This document shows, piece by piece, positions 52,957 through 64,000 of a DNA stretch of 64,000 bases (its first letter is position 1; every line of letters begins with the position of its first letter). Both the position numbers and the translations under genes were made by a program. The notes beneath the pieces were generated by a model. It ran no database searches and was not told where the DNA came from. It worked only from the letters and a program-made list of their open reading frames with translations. This stretch comes from Moniliella sp. 'wahieum' (taxonomy: Eukaryota): the NCBI GenBank assembly GCA_003971905.1, contig RSEE01000071.1:1-64000 (forward strand). Reading direction: 5' to 3'.

Positions 52957-53284
52957 GGCGCCGCGATGGACGCGGTGGTGTCTGTGTGATGGATGACGCT
53001 GGAGCATTGACGATGGCGGGGGCGAGGCGAGGGCGAGGGCGAGGGCAGGCGGTAGTGGTGGTGAGATGCGCGGGGGGAGGGCGGGCAGACAGATGGTAGG
53101 ATGGCTGGATGCGCATAAAGTACGGCGGGCGGCCAACCCTAGGCGAGGCGGTGGTCGGGGGGCAGGGCAGGGCAGGACTGGCTGGCGGGCGGAGTGGGTG
53201 AGGGTGGTCGCAATTGCTCCCCCACTCCCCCGTCGCCGCCTGGCGCTGCCTCGCCCACTCCCACCCACGCCACCCCCTAACGCC

Positions 53285-55641
53285 ATGCTCGACGCCACGC
53301 GGATACCTCGTCCGCACCGGCGCCGGCGCCGGCACCGTCCCCGCGCCCGCCGCCCACCCGCCGCCGTACCAGATGCGTCTGCCGCGCAGCGTGCTCGACC
53401 GCCTGCTGCACGCCCAAGCCGCCGGCGAGCCCTTGTCGCTCTCCATGCCCGACACGGGTTCCGGCGCGCTGCAGATCGGCAACGACACCTTCTCCCTGTC
53501 CCAGACGCCTGAGGGTGTGCCCGCGAGCCTGTTCGAGGTGATCGATGCTGGTGCGTCGCCCAACCCGGCGCTGCACGAGCTGGGCGCGGTGCGCATGCTC
53601 AGTGTCAAGCCTAGCTTGGACAGCTTGTTGCCCAAACGGGAAGAACGACGCAAAGTGGGCATGGCGATGCTCTTGGACGAAGATCGCGAGGGACGTAAGG
53701 CCGCCTTGCCTACCGCCCGTCCACGGCCGCATTCGACCGAACGCGGTCGATCCAATTTGCTCGACGCTTCTGCCTTGGCCAAACGCGCCGCCGCTCGCGG
53801 TCATCGTAGCGCTTCCCCCATGGTCTCCGCCTCCCCGGCACGCACCACGACCAGCAGCCCTCTCAAGCAACCACCTTCCCCCCGACCGAGACCAAGCCAC
53901 CCAACGAGTCTAACTTGTCCAACGAGTCCCATGACCCCAAGGAACCCCAGGACCCCAAGGACCCCAAGGACCTCCCCCCGCCCCAACCGACCAAGCCGAG
54001 CGATGCTTCGCCGCCAGCGTCCGCTGCACCCGCTGCCGCGGCGGGCGAAGCAGTCGAGTTGTCGGGGAAACGTCGGTCGAGGCACCACCTTCGTTGCAAC
54101 AGCACATTATCCACCTGCTTGCGCCGGGGCCTATGATGCGACGTCGGCTGGTGCAGCAAGTCTCGCTTTCTTCGGGGGAGGTGATTCCCGAGCCGAAAAT
54201 TCTACAGGCGCTGAGCAAAGTGGCGCATGCGCCTGCTGAGCTACAAAGTGCACCGACCGAGGGGCGGAAACTAGGTGGCCCAGTGAACCGGCGGCTTCGC
54301 ACGCCCGTACCGCCCACGCCACGGGAAAAAGGCCCGGCAAGCATGTGGGAGTTGTTGCCGCAGGTGCTGGTGGAGCAGGTGGAGGTGGATGAGGCGTGGG
54401 ACGAAGCGGTTCAGAGCCAAGTACGTTGGCGGATGGATAAAGAAGCTCAGCGCTTGTACAAGCCCGGCACACGCGAGATGCGCGCGGCCATGCAGCGTAT
54501 CTGGCCCGACGGGGAACCTTCACGAGAAGAACGGGAAGACCATGCAGCTGCCCGTCCGGCGGCGGGAAAAGCCCAACCCGAGTCCAACTCCGAGTCTAAA
54601 ACCGAGTCCAACCCCGAGTCCAACTCCGAGTCGAAAGCTCTTTCCAAATCCCAATCCCCGGTCGAGACCAAGGGCGATTCCGGATCAGACAAGCAAGATG
54701 TCTCTTCCGAGAGGAAGGAATCATCTATGAGCAAGAAATCAGCCTCTGGACCGCCAGATAAGGGCGATGCGTCGGTGGACAAGGAGCGTGGACCGGGGCC
54801 GAGGGAGAAAGCGTCTCTGTCTGAACGCCGAGACAGGCTCTCCTCGGCCAGCAGGAAGCCCGCGCGCGAGAAGGAGGTGGAGACCGAGCCTAGCAAGACC
54901 AAGTTGATGCTCAAGGAAACCGAGCGGGAGAGGGAGAGGGAGAGGGAAAAGGAAAGGAGAAGGAAAAAGAGAAGGAGAAAGAGAGAGAGGAGAATCCGAC
55001 GGCACACAGGGCCGATGGGACGAAACGTCGGGCGGAGGAAGACAAGCGGGTACCGGCTGTCAAACGCGCGCGTTCTTCTGTCGATGCGCGCCCGGAAAAG
55101 GGACGTGAGCGGGAAGCGGGACCGGCGGCGGGAGGAGAAGCCCGCCCGAGCGACGGCACGAGTCGGACGAGGCGTCGCCTTGTCGCGCAGTAGCAAGCTG
55201 AGCAAAGAGCCGAAAGAGTCAAAGGAGACAAAAGACGTGCGCGAGGCACGAGACGCCAAGGACCCCAAGGAAGCCAAGGACCCCAAGGAAGCCAAGGGCC
55301 CCAAGGACGCCAAAGACGCTAAGGACAAGCGGCGGCGAGCAGGTCGATCGATTGATTACACCGACTCGTCCGGCTCGGATGGGAGCTGGACGCAGGAGGA
55401 CAAGCGGCGGCAGCTGGTGCGCGAGTACCGGCGCACGGCGGGGGAGTATCAGGCGCATATGGAGCAAGTGCTGGAACTGCGCACGCGGCTAGAGACGATG
55501 CTGACGCGCGTGTCGCGCGGGGAAGAGCCGCCGGCAGCAACGTTCTTTGCGGAGCTCGACACGCTCGTGGCTGCCCAGGAGCAGCGCCTGGCACGGCTCG
55601 AGCGCGTCCAGCAGCAGATCAACACCATGGCCGACGAATAG
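53285..55641 (+). CDS. ELL-like RNA polymerase II elongation factor (putative)
   Basis: N-terminal beta-rich segment (GALQIGNDTFSL), central LQQHIIHLLAPGP..ILQALSKVA..WEL, C-terminal helix RRQLVREYRRTAGEYQAHMEQV resembling the occludin/ELL domain. Confidence 0.55.
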
Positions 55642-56207
55642 GCGTAGGCTGCTACGCTTGCGATGCAGCCGGAGGGGAGGCGCCGAGGAGGAGCGCACCG
55701 CGAGTACTTTATATACAATGCGATCTATATTACGCGCACGCTGAGCACGACGGGGCGACTGGCCGAGGCGAGAGGGCCGGCTGTGGCGGTCGGGAGGGGA
55801 CGGGAGAGGATCATGCGCCTCCCTATAGCTGGGGCAGACCTACAGGTTGTATGTCTTTGTATTTGCGCGCTGCCTTGGCTAGTCACGAAGGTGCGAAGCG
55901 TGCGCTGGAGCTCACGGGTCATGTGCTGTATGGCATTCCGGCACAGGTGCCCCCCGAACCAAGGCGAAAAGCGAAGCTCAGGACATGTGATGGGGATACA
56001 ATAATCCCTCTGAATGGAAATGGGGTCCTTCCCGTGTAGAAAACGGTTTTTGGTGCATGCATGTGTATGTTATGCATCGCTCTATAGCCTTGCCACGGGC
56101 TTGACCTGTCAGGGTTCGTGTGTGGAAGACGTCGATGGAATGTCTGGTGCAAAAGAGGGCATGCCAAAACAAATGGTAACCCCCAAAGGACGAGAACACC
56201 AAAAAGG

Positions 56208-56303
56208 TGCGGCCGCCGGGAATCGAACCCGAACCTTCAGCTGCCCCCTGCCGGTTTGAAACCAACTTGGAAGGCTAAAATTCTACCTTTAAACTACAGC
56301 CGC
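56208..56303 (-). tRNA. tRNA-Gly(TCC) with ~25-nt intron
   Basis: Minus strand: GCGGCTG..TTAGC CT TCC A[intron]A GCTGA..GGTTCGATTCC..CGGCCGC A; T5 terminator at 56201-56205. Confidence 0.92.
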
Positions 56304-57256
56304 GCTTGTGGAGTGGGTGATATTGTAGCAATGTACAAGTGATTCAATAGCAATGTACAATTGATTCATACCAGAGAGTTGGGCGCCAAGTCGCAAAAGA
56401 TCACAAACATCCTGAAGCTAGGCCGGCCTGGAGCTTGAAGCTTGAAGCGGGTGTGCTTCCTGCCCAACAATCCAACAGGAAAGACGCAATGGGACTAGGC
56501 TGTGGATGTGGCTAGGCGATAGGATACGCACAGGCCACACGGGTAGGTGTGGAGCTGGATAAGTCTAACCCTAGGTACACGGCGACTGGCAGACCGTGCC
56601 GTGTGTGTGGGTGGGAGCGGGGAGGCGGGAGGCGCGAGCGCGCTCCTGGCGCTCGACGCGTTCTGCTCCGTGGGGTGAGTGGCGCCAGTGGGGCGAGGAT
56701 CGCCTGAGATCTGAGATTGGACATGAGATTGAGATTGAGCTTGAGCTTGAGATAGCGCCAGGTGATATGCGCCGAAACGACGCATCTCGAACACAGCGCG
56801 CCTGGGCACATCTCCTGAGATCTCACGACTCTTCATCATCGAGATATCCCACCCGCACACGGCCGACACGCCGACGCACACGCGACGGACGCCTGCCCTC
56901 CTCTCCACCTGGGAGGGAGGACGAATAGGAGTAGCGATCGCGGCGCCGCGCCCTGGCCGCCCCGACAGCGCCCCCGAGGCTGACAATCATTCATTAATCA
57001 CCCGGCCCGCCCCGCACGGCGCCTGCCTCGGCCACGTTGGGGACATGCGCCGATAGCCGATCGCAGAGTCACGAGTCGAGTTCAAGTTGAACGTTCAACG
57101 TTCAACCCCCCATCTTGCCGCGCCTCCGCGTCGACTTATCTCCAGCCGCCGGCTAGTGCTGGGCCACGCTATTTAAAGTTCTCCAGCCTCCATTATCCCG
57201 CTGGCTGCCTTCCTCCGTCTTCCGCCTGCCTTCTACCCCATCCCCTCCTCGCTGCC

Positions 57257-58797
57257 ATGGCGCTCCGGTACAGCAAGCTCGTCCCCGCCCTCCGCCGCGG
57301 CCTGGCCACCGCCCCACCTACGTCCCAGGCGAGCCTGCCGCCCCTGTCGTCCTCACCTCTCCTACCCCGGCCCCAAGAGCCAGGCCACGGTGCGCGACAT
57401 TGGCCAGTGGCAGGAGAACCGGGTGGACTACTTTGCCGCCGACTATGCCAAGTCGGTCGGCAACTACATCCAGGACGCCGATGGCAACCAACTCCTCGAA
57501 TGTTTGCCCAGATCGCGTCGATTGCATTGGGTACAACCACCCCGACATGCTCAAGCTCGCACGAAGTGTAAGCCCCCCCTCTGCTTCTGCTTCCCCCTTG
57601 GCTGTCTCTTGGGCGATCCACATGCGCTGACACGTGTACAGGACGAGTTTGTCACCGCCGTGACCAACCGGCCTGCCTGGGCAACTTCCCGCCCGTGCAA
57701 TGGACCGAGTGGACGATGGGTGGCCTGGGCCCGCGTCGCGCCTGCTGGTCTGGACAACATTTTCACTGCGATGTGTGGCAGCTGCTCGAACGAGAATGCG
57801 TTCAAAGCGGCGTTTATGGCATATGCGACGCGCGAAAAGAATGGCGCGAAGCGACGTTACGCCGGAAGAGCTTGGTTCGTGCATGCGCAAACGCTGCGCC
57901 CGGCTCGCCGCAGTACTCCATCTTATCCTTCAATCGGGTTTCCACGGCCGCCTGTTGGCAGTTGAGTGCGACCGGTCCAAGCCGATCCACAAGCTGGGCA
58001 TTCCGGCGTTTGACTGGCCCTCGGTCGACTGGCCTCAGCTCAAGTACCCACTCGAGGCCTTCAGCGCAGAAAATGCCGCGGAGGAGAAGCGGGCGCTGGA
58101 GGAGGTGGAGGCGGTGATTCGCTCCTTCAAGGGCACGGGGAAGGACGTGGCGGCAGTGATCATTGAGCCCATTGCGTCCGAGGGCGGAGACGTGCATCGT
58201 CAACGAGTTTTTCCGCCAACTGCGCTTCCTGTGCCGCAAACTCGACAGTACTTTATTGTGGGACGGTGCAGACCGGTGGTGGTGCGACGGGCAAGTTGTG
58301 GGCGTCGGACCACTGGGGGTTGAGCGCCGAAGACGCGCCCCGACTTTGTCACGTTTAGCAAAAAGATGCAGGCGGCAGGCTTCTACCACAAGTTGGAGAC
58401 GCGGGCCAACCTGCCGTACCGCAGTTTCAGTACCTGGCTCGGCCAGCCCACTGCGACATTGCAAGCCAAGACGATTTTGGAGGTGATTGAGGGATGGGTT
58501 GTTGGCCAATGTACAGACCACAGGCAAGGTCTTGTATGACGGCTTGGCCGCGCTCAGCACTCGCTTCCCTGACAAGGTGGCCAATTTGCGCGGTAAGGAC
58601 AAGGGCACGTTTATTGCGTTTGACTGTGCGTCGCCAGCTCAGCGCGACGCGCTCTTGCTCGCCATGCGCGCCCGCGGCACATCAACGTTGGCGGGAACGG
58701 GGCGCAGTCGGTGCGTCTGCGGCCCATGCTCATCTTCCAACCCAAGCATGCGGAGATCTTCCTCGCCACGCTCGAAGCGGCGCTAGGGAGCGTGTAA
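57257..58797 (+). CDS. UGA1: 4-aminobutyrate aminotransferase (GABA-T), likely with mitochondrial presequence
   Basis: DYAKSVGNYIQDADGNQLL, AQIASIALG, FTAMCGSCSNENAFKAAFM, GFHGRL, SKPIHKLGIPAFDWP, VTFSKKMQ, NLRGKDKGTFIAFD, LRPMLIF; intron 57568-57641. Confidence 0.93.
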
Positions 58798-58809
58798 ACA
58801 GGTGGTAAT

Positions 58810-59459
58810 GAGGCTCCCTCACTCCCCCGATCCAATCTACGATCCACTGTGCATCCCATACATTCTCTGGTGTAGAACTCTCTCCTATAGGCGTCGTGGC
58901 GCGCGTGTGGAGCGCCTGTGGAGCGCCCGTAATGCAGAGCCAACGTCGGTGCTCTTGGCAAGGCAATCGTGGAGCCTGAGAGATGGACAGTGCAGTGCAG
59001 GTTTCCATATACGGCAGGATGGTGGGGGTTGTGTGGGTGGCGCTAAGGTGTCTGTGATCAGGTGCAGCCTGCGGCCAAGACAGGGTCTGCGAGCTAGATC
59101 CATGATGCCTGTCCATTACCCCCCCCACCTGACGTAGCTGACCACCGTTGCTGTGGCCCAGCCCCCCTCCAGCGCCATGCTCAAGTTCCAGTCCCAGGGC
59201 AGCTTGGTCCAACAAGGTGCGCGGCAAAAACAAGCCCAGCCGCTTGACTCCTAGTATTACCAGCCTGAGTGCAGCCGCCCATAACCCGCCCCAGTTTTGA
59301 CCAATGTTTCTTTCCCCTTTTCATCGCTTCCCTGCCCAACGACTCCAGATGGATACGAGATATGGAACAACAGCGCGGCACGTGTCGGATCTTGGCCACG
59401 CCCAACCGCGGTGACTCTGTGGACACTTTGGGCTCAGGCGGAGGCGGTGGAGGCGGCAC
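58810..59459 (-). CDS. Possible hypothetical protein
   Basis: Protein-like segments across frames (LLFHISYPSG..GKETLVK; TILPYMETCTALSISQ; AQWIVDWIGG); no clear ATG. Confidence 0.25.
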
Positions 59460-59722
59460 GCTCCCTCGCTCGCGCTGGGCGGCGGCGAGGCGGCGGGCGC
59501 AGGCGCCCGGTGGATTATGTCAGCGGCGTGTCTCGTCTTGGTTTTTTTCGCGTGGCTCCTGGCCGAGCGGGAGCGGCGTGGAGAGACACCCGCCAGACAG
59601 CCAAGGCGGCTCCCACCATCCCGCCTCCTGCCCGCCCGCCTGGCCATCCTTCCCATCCTTCCCCAGCCATCGCTCAGCGCGCATGCGCTCGCCGGGATCG
59701 ACAACATCGCCTCCCCCCCGCC

Positions 59723-61403
59723 ATGGCGGCCGAGATGGCGCAGGCAAGTGTGGTGGAGAATGAGGTTCCTGCTCTCCCCCCCACGAGGCCAAAAACACCA
59801 TCCTTGCCGAAGCTGGCAAGGCAGCGTGGTATGACGCCCAAGGCCAGAACGTGGGCGCGTACATCATTGGCATTGCCGGCGGCTCCTCCAGTGGCAAGAC
59901 ATCTGTCGCCCGTGCTATCGTCCACTCGCTTCCGCACGTACCATGGATGGCCATCGTCTCTGTCGACTCGTTCTACAAGCCCCTCTCGCCCGAGAGAGCA
60001 AGTTGGCGTTCGATTCCAATACGACTTTGACCATCCCAATGCGTTTGACACCGACTTGCTCATCGAGACGATTCGCGACCTCAAGGCGGGCAAGGCGGTC
60101 GAGGTGCCCGAGTACAGCTTCACCAAGCACCAGCGCCTACCCACCACCACCTACCTCTACGGCGCCAACGTGATCCTGCTCGAGGGACTGTTTGTGCTGC
60201 AGGACCCGAGGCTGCGCGATCTGCTGGACATGAAAGTATTTGTGCAAGCGGATTCGGACTTGATGTTGGCCCGACGAATCCGACGGGACGTGCTGGAGCG
60301 CGGACGGGACGTGGATGGGATTCTGCGGCAGTACCTTACCTTTGTCAAGCCTTCGCAAGACCACTTTGTTGCGCCGCAAGCCAAGTACGCGGACATTATT
60401 GTGCCTGGTTTGCACAACGAGGTGGCGATCAAGGTGATTGGCGAACACATCCGTGTCCAGCTGCAGCACCAAGCCCAACGCATTCGTTCTGAACTTTCCC
60501 TGGTGGGCCAACCGGATGGGCCGAGCAATGCGGCGCCGCAGTTGAGCGAGTACTTTGACCCGGGCTCGGGCTTGCTTCGCTTTGCGCCTGCTTCCGATGC
60601 ACCCTTGACCCTTCCTCCGCGGCCTGAGGATGGCGGACTGGCGCCGCTCGGGCTGCCAGCGACGGTGCACGTGCTGCCCCAGACGAGGCAGGTGCGCGCA
60701 TTGCTTACCTCGCTCCACGACAGCCAGACCGAAGGGAAGAATTCGTGTTCAATGTCAACCGTCTCACCCGCCTCGTCGTTGAGGGGGCACTGAGTTTGCT
60801 CCCGTACCAAAACAAAGCCGTCCCGCTCGGCCTGGGGGGCACGTACGCTGGCTCAGCGCTGGCGCCAGCGCACCTCTGCTCGGTCGCCATCCTTCGTTCG
60901 GGCGGGGTATTTGAGGCGTCGCTGCGGCGCGCGATCCCCGACCTGCCGCTGGGCGCACTGCTGATCCAGTCGGCGGCAGATGGCGAGCCGTACCTGTACA
61001 CGGTGCTGCTGCCCCCGTTCCTCAAGCGCCGCGCCGAGGCAAGCAAGACGTGGGTGATCCTGTGCGACGCACAGATCGGCACGGGCGCCGCAGCGTTCAT
61101 GGCGGTGCGGGTGCTGCTGGACCACGGGGTGCCGGCGTCGCAGATTGTTTTTTGGCGTTGCTGGCTCGCGCGGGGCGGCGTGCACGCCTTGGCACAGGCC
61201 TTCCCCCAGCTGAAGATCGTCGTGGCCGGGGTGGATCCGGGGCTGCGGCGGTCGCTGGTGCCGGACGAAGGGCCGAGTCTGCGCACGCCGCTTGCCTCCG
61301 ACACGGCGGCACCGGAGCAGGCGCTGCGGCCGCAGCTGCGGGTCTGCTGGCGCTGCTGCCGGGCATGGGCAACATCGGCAACCGCTACTACTGGCGCACG
61401 TGA
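59723..61403 (+). CDS. URK1: Uridine-cytidine kinase with C-terminal UPRTase-like domain
   Basis: YIIGIAGGSSSGKTS, DSFYKPL, YDFDHPNAFD, VILLEGLF, LMLARRIRRDVLERGRD, ADIIVP; VAILRSG, VILCDAQIGTGAAAFMAVRVLLDHGV, PGMGNIGNRY. Confidence 0.93.
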
Positions 61404-61698
61404 GCTCAGGCGCACATGTCACATGCATCACATCCGCACCCGTTCCCTCCGCTTCCCTCTCATTTCCCCGCAATATTCCATGCACGCTGCCATGCTTACG
61501 TACAGCAGAAAGAAAAAATGCAATGTTCCATGCGGGCAGTCGGGCTGATGCGCTGATGCGTGATGCATGATGTAGCAGGGGCGGGCGGAACTGGCCGAGC
61601 GGAGTTGGCCGCGTGCGAGTTAGTAATCGCCCCTCCGCTTGCTCCTACCCCTCCCCGTCGGCGCGGCGGCGGCGGTGAGCGGCCCACCAACGCTGACG

Positions 61699-62200
61699 AT
61701 GCTGCCGACGCCCGAAGAGTATGAAGGTACGTTTGCTGCGACGGATGGGGTGGTGGCGGCCGGTGCGGGGCGGACGGCGTGCTGGGTGCTGAATGCTGGG
61801 AAGGATGCTGATGCTGACGTGTGGCTGTGCCCGGTCCGGCAGCGTACATGCGTGCGCGGCAGAACCTGGTCGACGAGGATGTGATCCGGATCTGGCAACT
61901 GCGCATCGTGCGCGAAAACCTGGGCAAGTGCGTCAAGAACGAGCAGACGCGCGCGATGGTGCACTGCAAGGACCTGACCCAGCTGTACTTGCGCATGCTG
62001 CGTGCTTCCCTGGTGCGTTGCCAACCCAATTCTCCCCTCCCCTCCCCTGCCCTCCCCTCCCCTCCCCTCCCCTCCTTGCCCTGTGCCTGTGTTTGTCCGG
62101 CAGAACCACTCACCCCTGTGTTGCTGCAGCTGATCGGTGTCCCGCCGGAGGCAAGTCTACCCTGGAGTCCCACTTGCCCAGCACAGCGAGCGAGGCCTAA
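61699..62200 (+). CDS. NADH:ubiquinone oxidoreductase accessory subunit (NDUFB10/12-kDa-like)
   Basis: MLPTPEEYE|AYMRARQNLVDEDVIRIWQLRIVRENLGKCVKNEQTRAMVHCKDLTQLYLRML, with C-x11-C pattern; intron ~61728-61842; 3' end uncertain. Confidence 0.7.
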
Positions 62201-63271
62201 CCCTTCCCTCCTCCCCCCGCCCTTGTATTCCCTGTCGCCTGCCCGCAGAGCAGCCACACACGCATGTCGTAGGGGGAGCAGCGGTGGGTGGAAGCATTGC
62301 GATTACGTGGAACCACTCCTGAAGGATGTACTGGCGACTGTACTGGCGAACAGGCTGTGCAATGAACCTCATACTCCATCCCTCGCCCCTCTTCCCATGC
62401 GCTGGCAGGGGGAGCACCTCTTGTGGCTGGGAGGATCTGAGGATCGCGGTTTCGGGTACCGTTCGTACCGTTTGCTTGATCGTTTTAACCAACGCGCACG
62501 TAGAATAACACCCGAGTGGTTCGCAGCGTTACTGGCACAGGCAGCTGGTAGCTGGTCTTGCTTGTCGCTTGCCCGGTTCTACTCCCGCGGCTGTTACCAT
62601 AAAGCGATGTAGCGGCGCACTCAAACTATAGGCTCAATTCAATGTGTTAGTCCACTCGCTCAGGACGGTAGAGGGGGACCCGAACGCATCCAGCCTATCC
62701 TCGCATATCCTCCAACGACGACCTGCCCTTTAAATCACACCTTTCGACGTGTGGTAACCACAGCAGGGCCCCATCACGTTTCCTTTTCACTCACGAGGGT
62801 TCCGGGCAGAGAGCATCTCATACCGTTCAGCACTGGCATGGCCTTTACCGTTCCTCCTGGTACTACTACTCTGCCTACCGCTTAAAACCGCATTCTCTGC
62901 CAGTACTTGTATGTGGGACGCCTGTGTAGTGGTCAGTCAGAAGGGAGATGGAACTCAGTGCACTGTCCTTTCACGCGCCACAACAGATGGGAACGGACAT
63001 AGGTGCATGCATGGCAAGGGAGTCCCGTACGATCCGTCGGTTGATCTAGTTGTCATCCACGCTCAATATGTGGATGGTGCCTCCCGGCACGGGCGGGGCA
63101 AAACGCACGGCGATTTGAACGTAGTAACCTGGCCAAACGAAAGTCAGTTTCTGCGCCATTTGTCTTGTGCCCTCCTCCCTCCACATTGGAGCAACCTGTT
63201 GAGCTTTAAGCATCGTCGGCGCTTCGTTCCGACCAAATATAGTCGCATCAGTACCTTTCGTGTCGCCTCGG

Positions 63272-64000
63272 CTACGGGAGTGGGGATCTGAGCGCCGACC
63301 ACCTACCTAACCACACCACCCACCAACTACGTTCCGCCCTCAACCCTGACAATCTAACCGTAGACCACACGCCCTGTGCCATGTGGCACCGCATCGCATT
63401 GCCACTGCCTCCATTCTGGGGCACCTCACAGCCGTGCTGCGGGCCAGCATCCGCCTGGACGGGGTTGACGAGCGTGCCGAGGCCATGCGAGCCTGCGATC
63501 GCCACCAGGTCGCCGTCGTGGAGAAACAGCGGCGGGAGACGTTTGAAACCCGCCCGGCGGGGTTGCCCATCGAGATGACGCTACCTGCCTCGAGCGTGGT
63601 GCCTGCGCTAAGCTGGGCGATCGTCTCTGCCCACGCCCCATAGATGGTCGGCCGTCGAGCCGGCCTGGACCTGGGTGCCATTGAGCACCGTGCTGAGCTG
63701 CACCGCCTCGGGATCCGGGATCTGGGTGCGAGCGACGATGCACGGGCCAAAGAGGCAGAACCCATCAAAGCTCTTGCCCAATCCCCACTGCGGCACGGCA
63801 AACATGCGCTTGCGCGCCGACACGTCGTTGGCCAAGGAGTAGCCTAGCACGTACTCCAGTGCCTCCTCTGCTCGAACGTCCTTGGCCGTCTTGCCCAGCA
63901 CCACCAGCAGCTCCACCTCGTAGTCCGACTCGTCCTTGGCGACCGGTGGGAGGGGAATGGGGTCCCCTGGCCCAGCGAGCGTAGTGAGCGGCTTGTAAAA
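63272..64000 (-). CDS. Fumarylacetoacetate hydrolase family protein (5' part outside the window)
   Basis: FYKPLTTLAGPGDPIPLP, DYEVELLVVLGKTAKDV..YVLGYSLANDVSAR, WGLGKSFDGFCLFGP, TTLEAGSVISMG, GLGTLVNPV. Confidence 0.9.

Noticed and set aside
59180..59440. Ornithine decarboxylase antizyme with +1 frameshift (GKETLVK, GCC TGA)
   Set aside because: No upstream ORF1 with ATG, and similarity too weak
27813..61403. Mass pseudogenisation of housekeeping genes
   Set aside because: Motifs are intact on both sides of 1-bp indels in essential genes; sequencing error is the simpler explanation
19026..64000. Sugar-acid catabolic cluster (KduD-like SDR plus FAH hydrolase)
   Set aside because: The genes are over 40 kb apart with unrelated housekeeping genes between them

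Overview
GC-rich, compact fungal genomic DNA with short GT-AG introns and intron-containing tRNAs, most consistent with a basidiomycete (Ustilaginomycotina-like is an inference). Nearly every single-copy gene is split by 1-bp indels every few hundred bases, which looks like unpolished long-read error, so CDS boundaries are approximate. The left end (1-~10 kb) is a TE-rich zone. It holds a palindrome-rich non-coding block, a 5'-truncated Ty3/Gypsy chromovirus (pol, PPT, 820-bp 3' LTR), and a cluster of degenerate genes sharing a repeated MuDR/WRKY-like zinc-finger motif. The 10-27 kb stretch holds a Sec7-PH ARF-GEF, a KduD-like SDR, tRNA-Pro(AGG), a multi-TM protein and hypothetical genes. The 27-64 kb stretch is a dense housekeeping block: CK1/HRR25, tafazzin, ULA1, RPL10, aprataxin, a CC1-box coiled-coil protein, GLE1, MOT1, an ELL-like protein, tRNA-Gly(TCC), UGA1, URK1, an NDUFB10-like subunit and an FAH-family hydrolase running off the window. 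Best leads: the zinc-finger family, 7-bp-periodic intergenic arrays, the CC1-box dynein-adaptor-like protein and the palindromic block that replaces the retroelement's gag/5' LTR.
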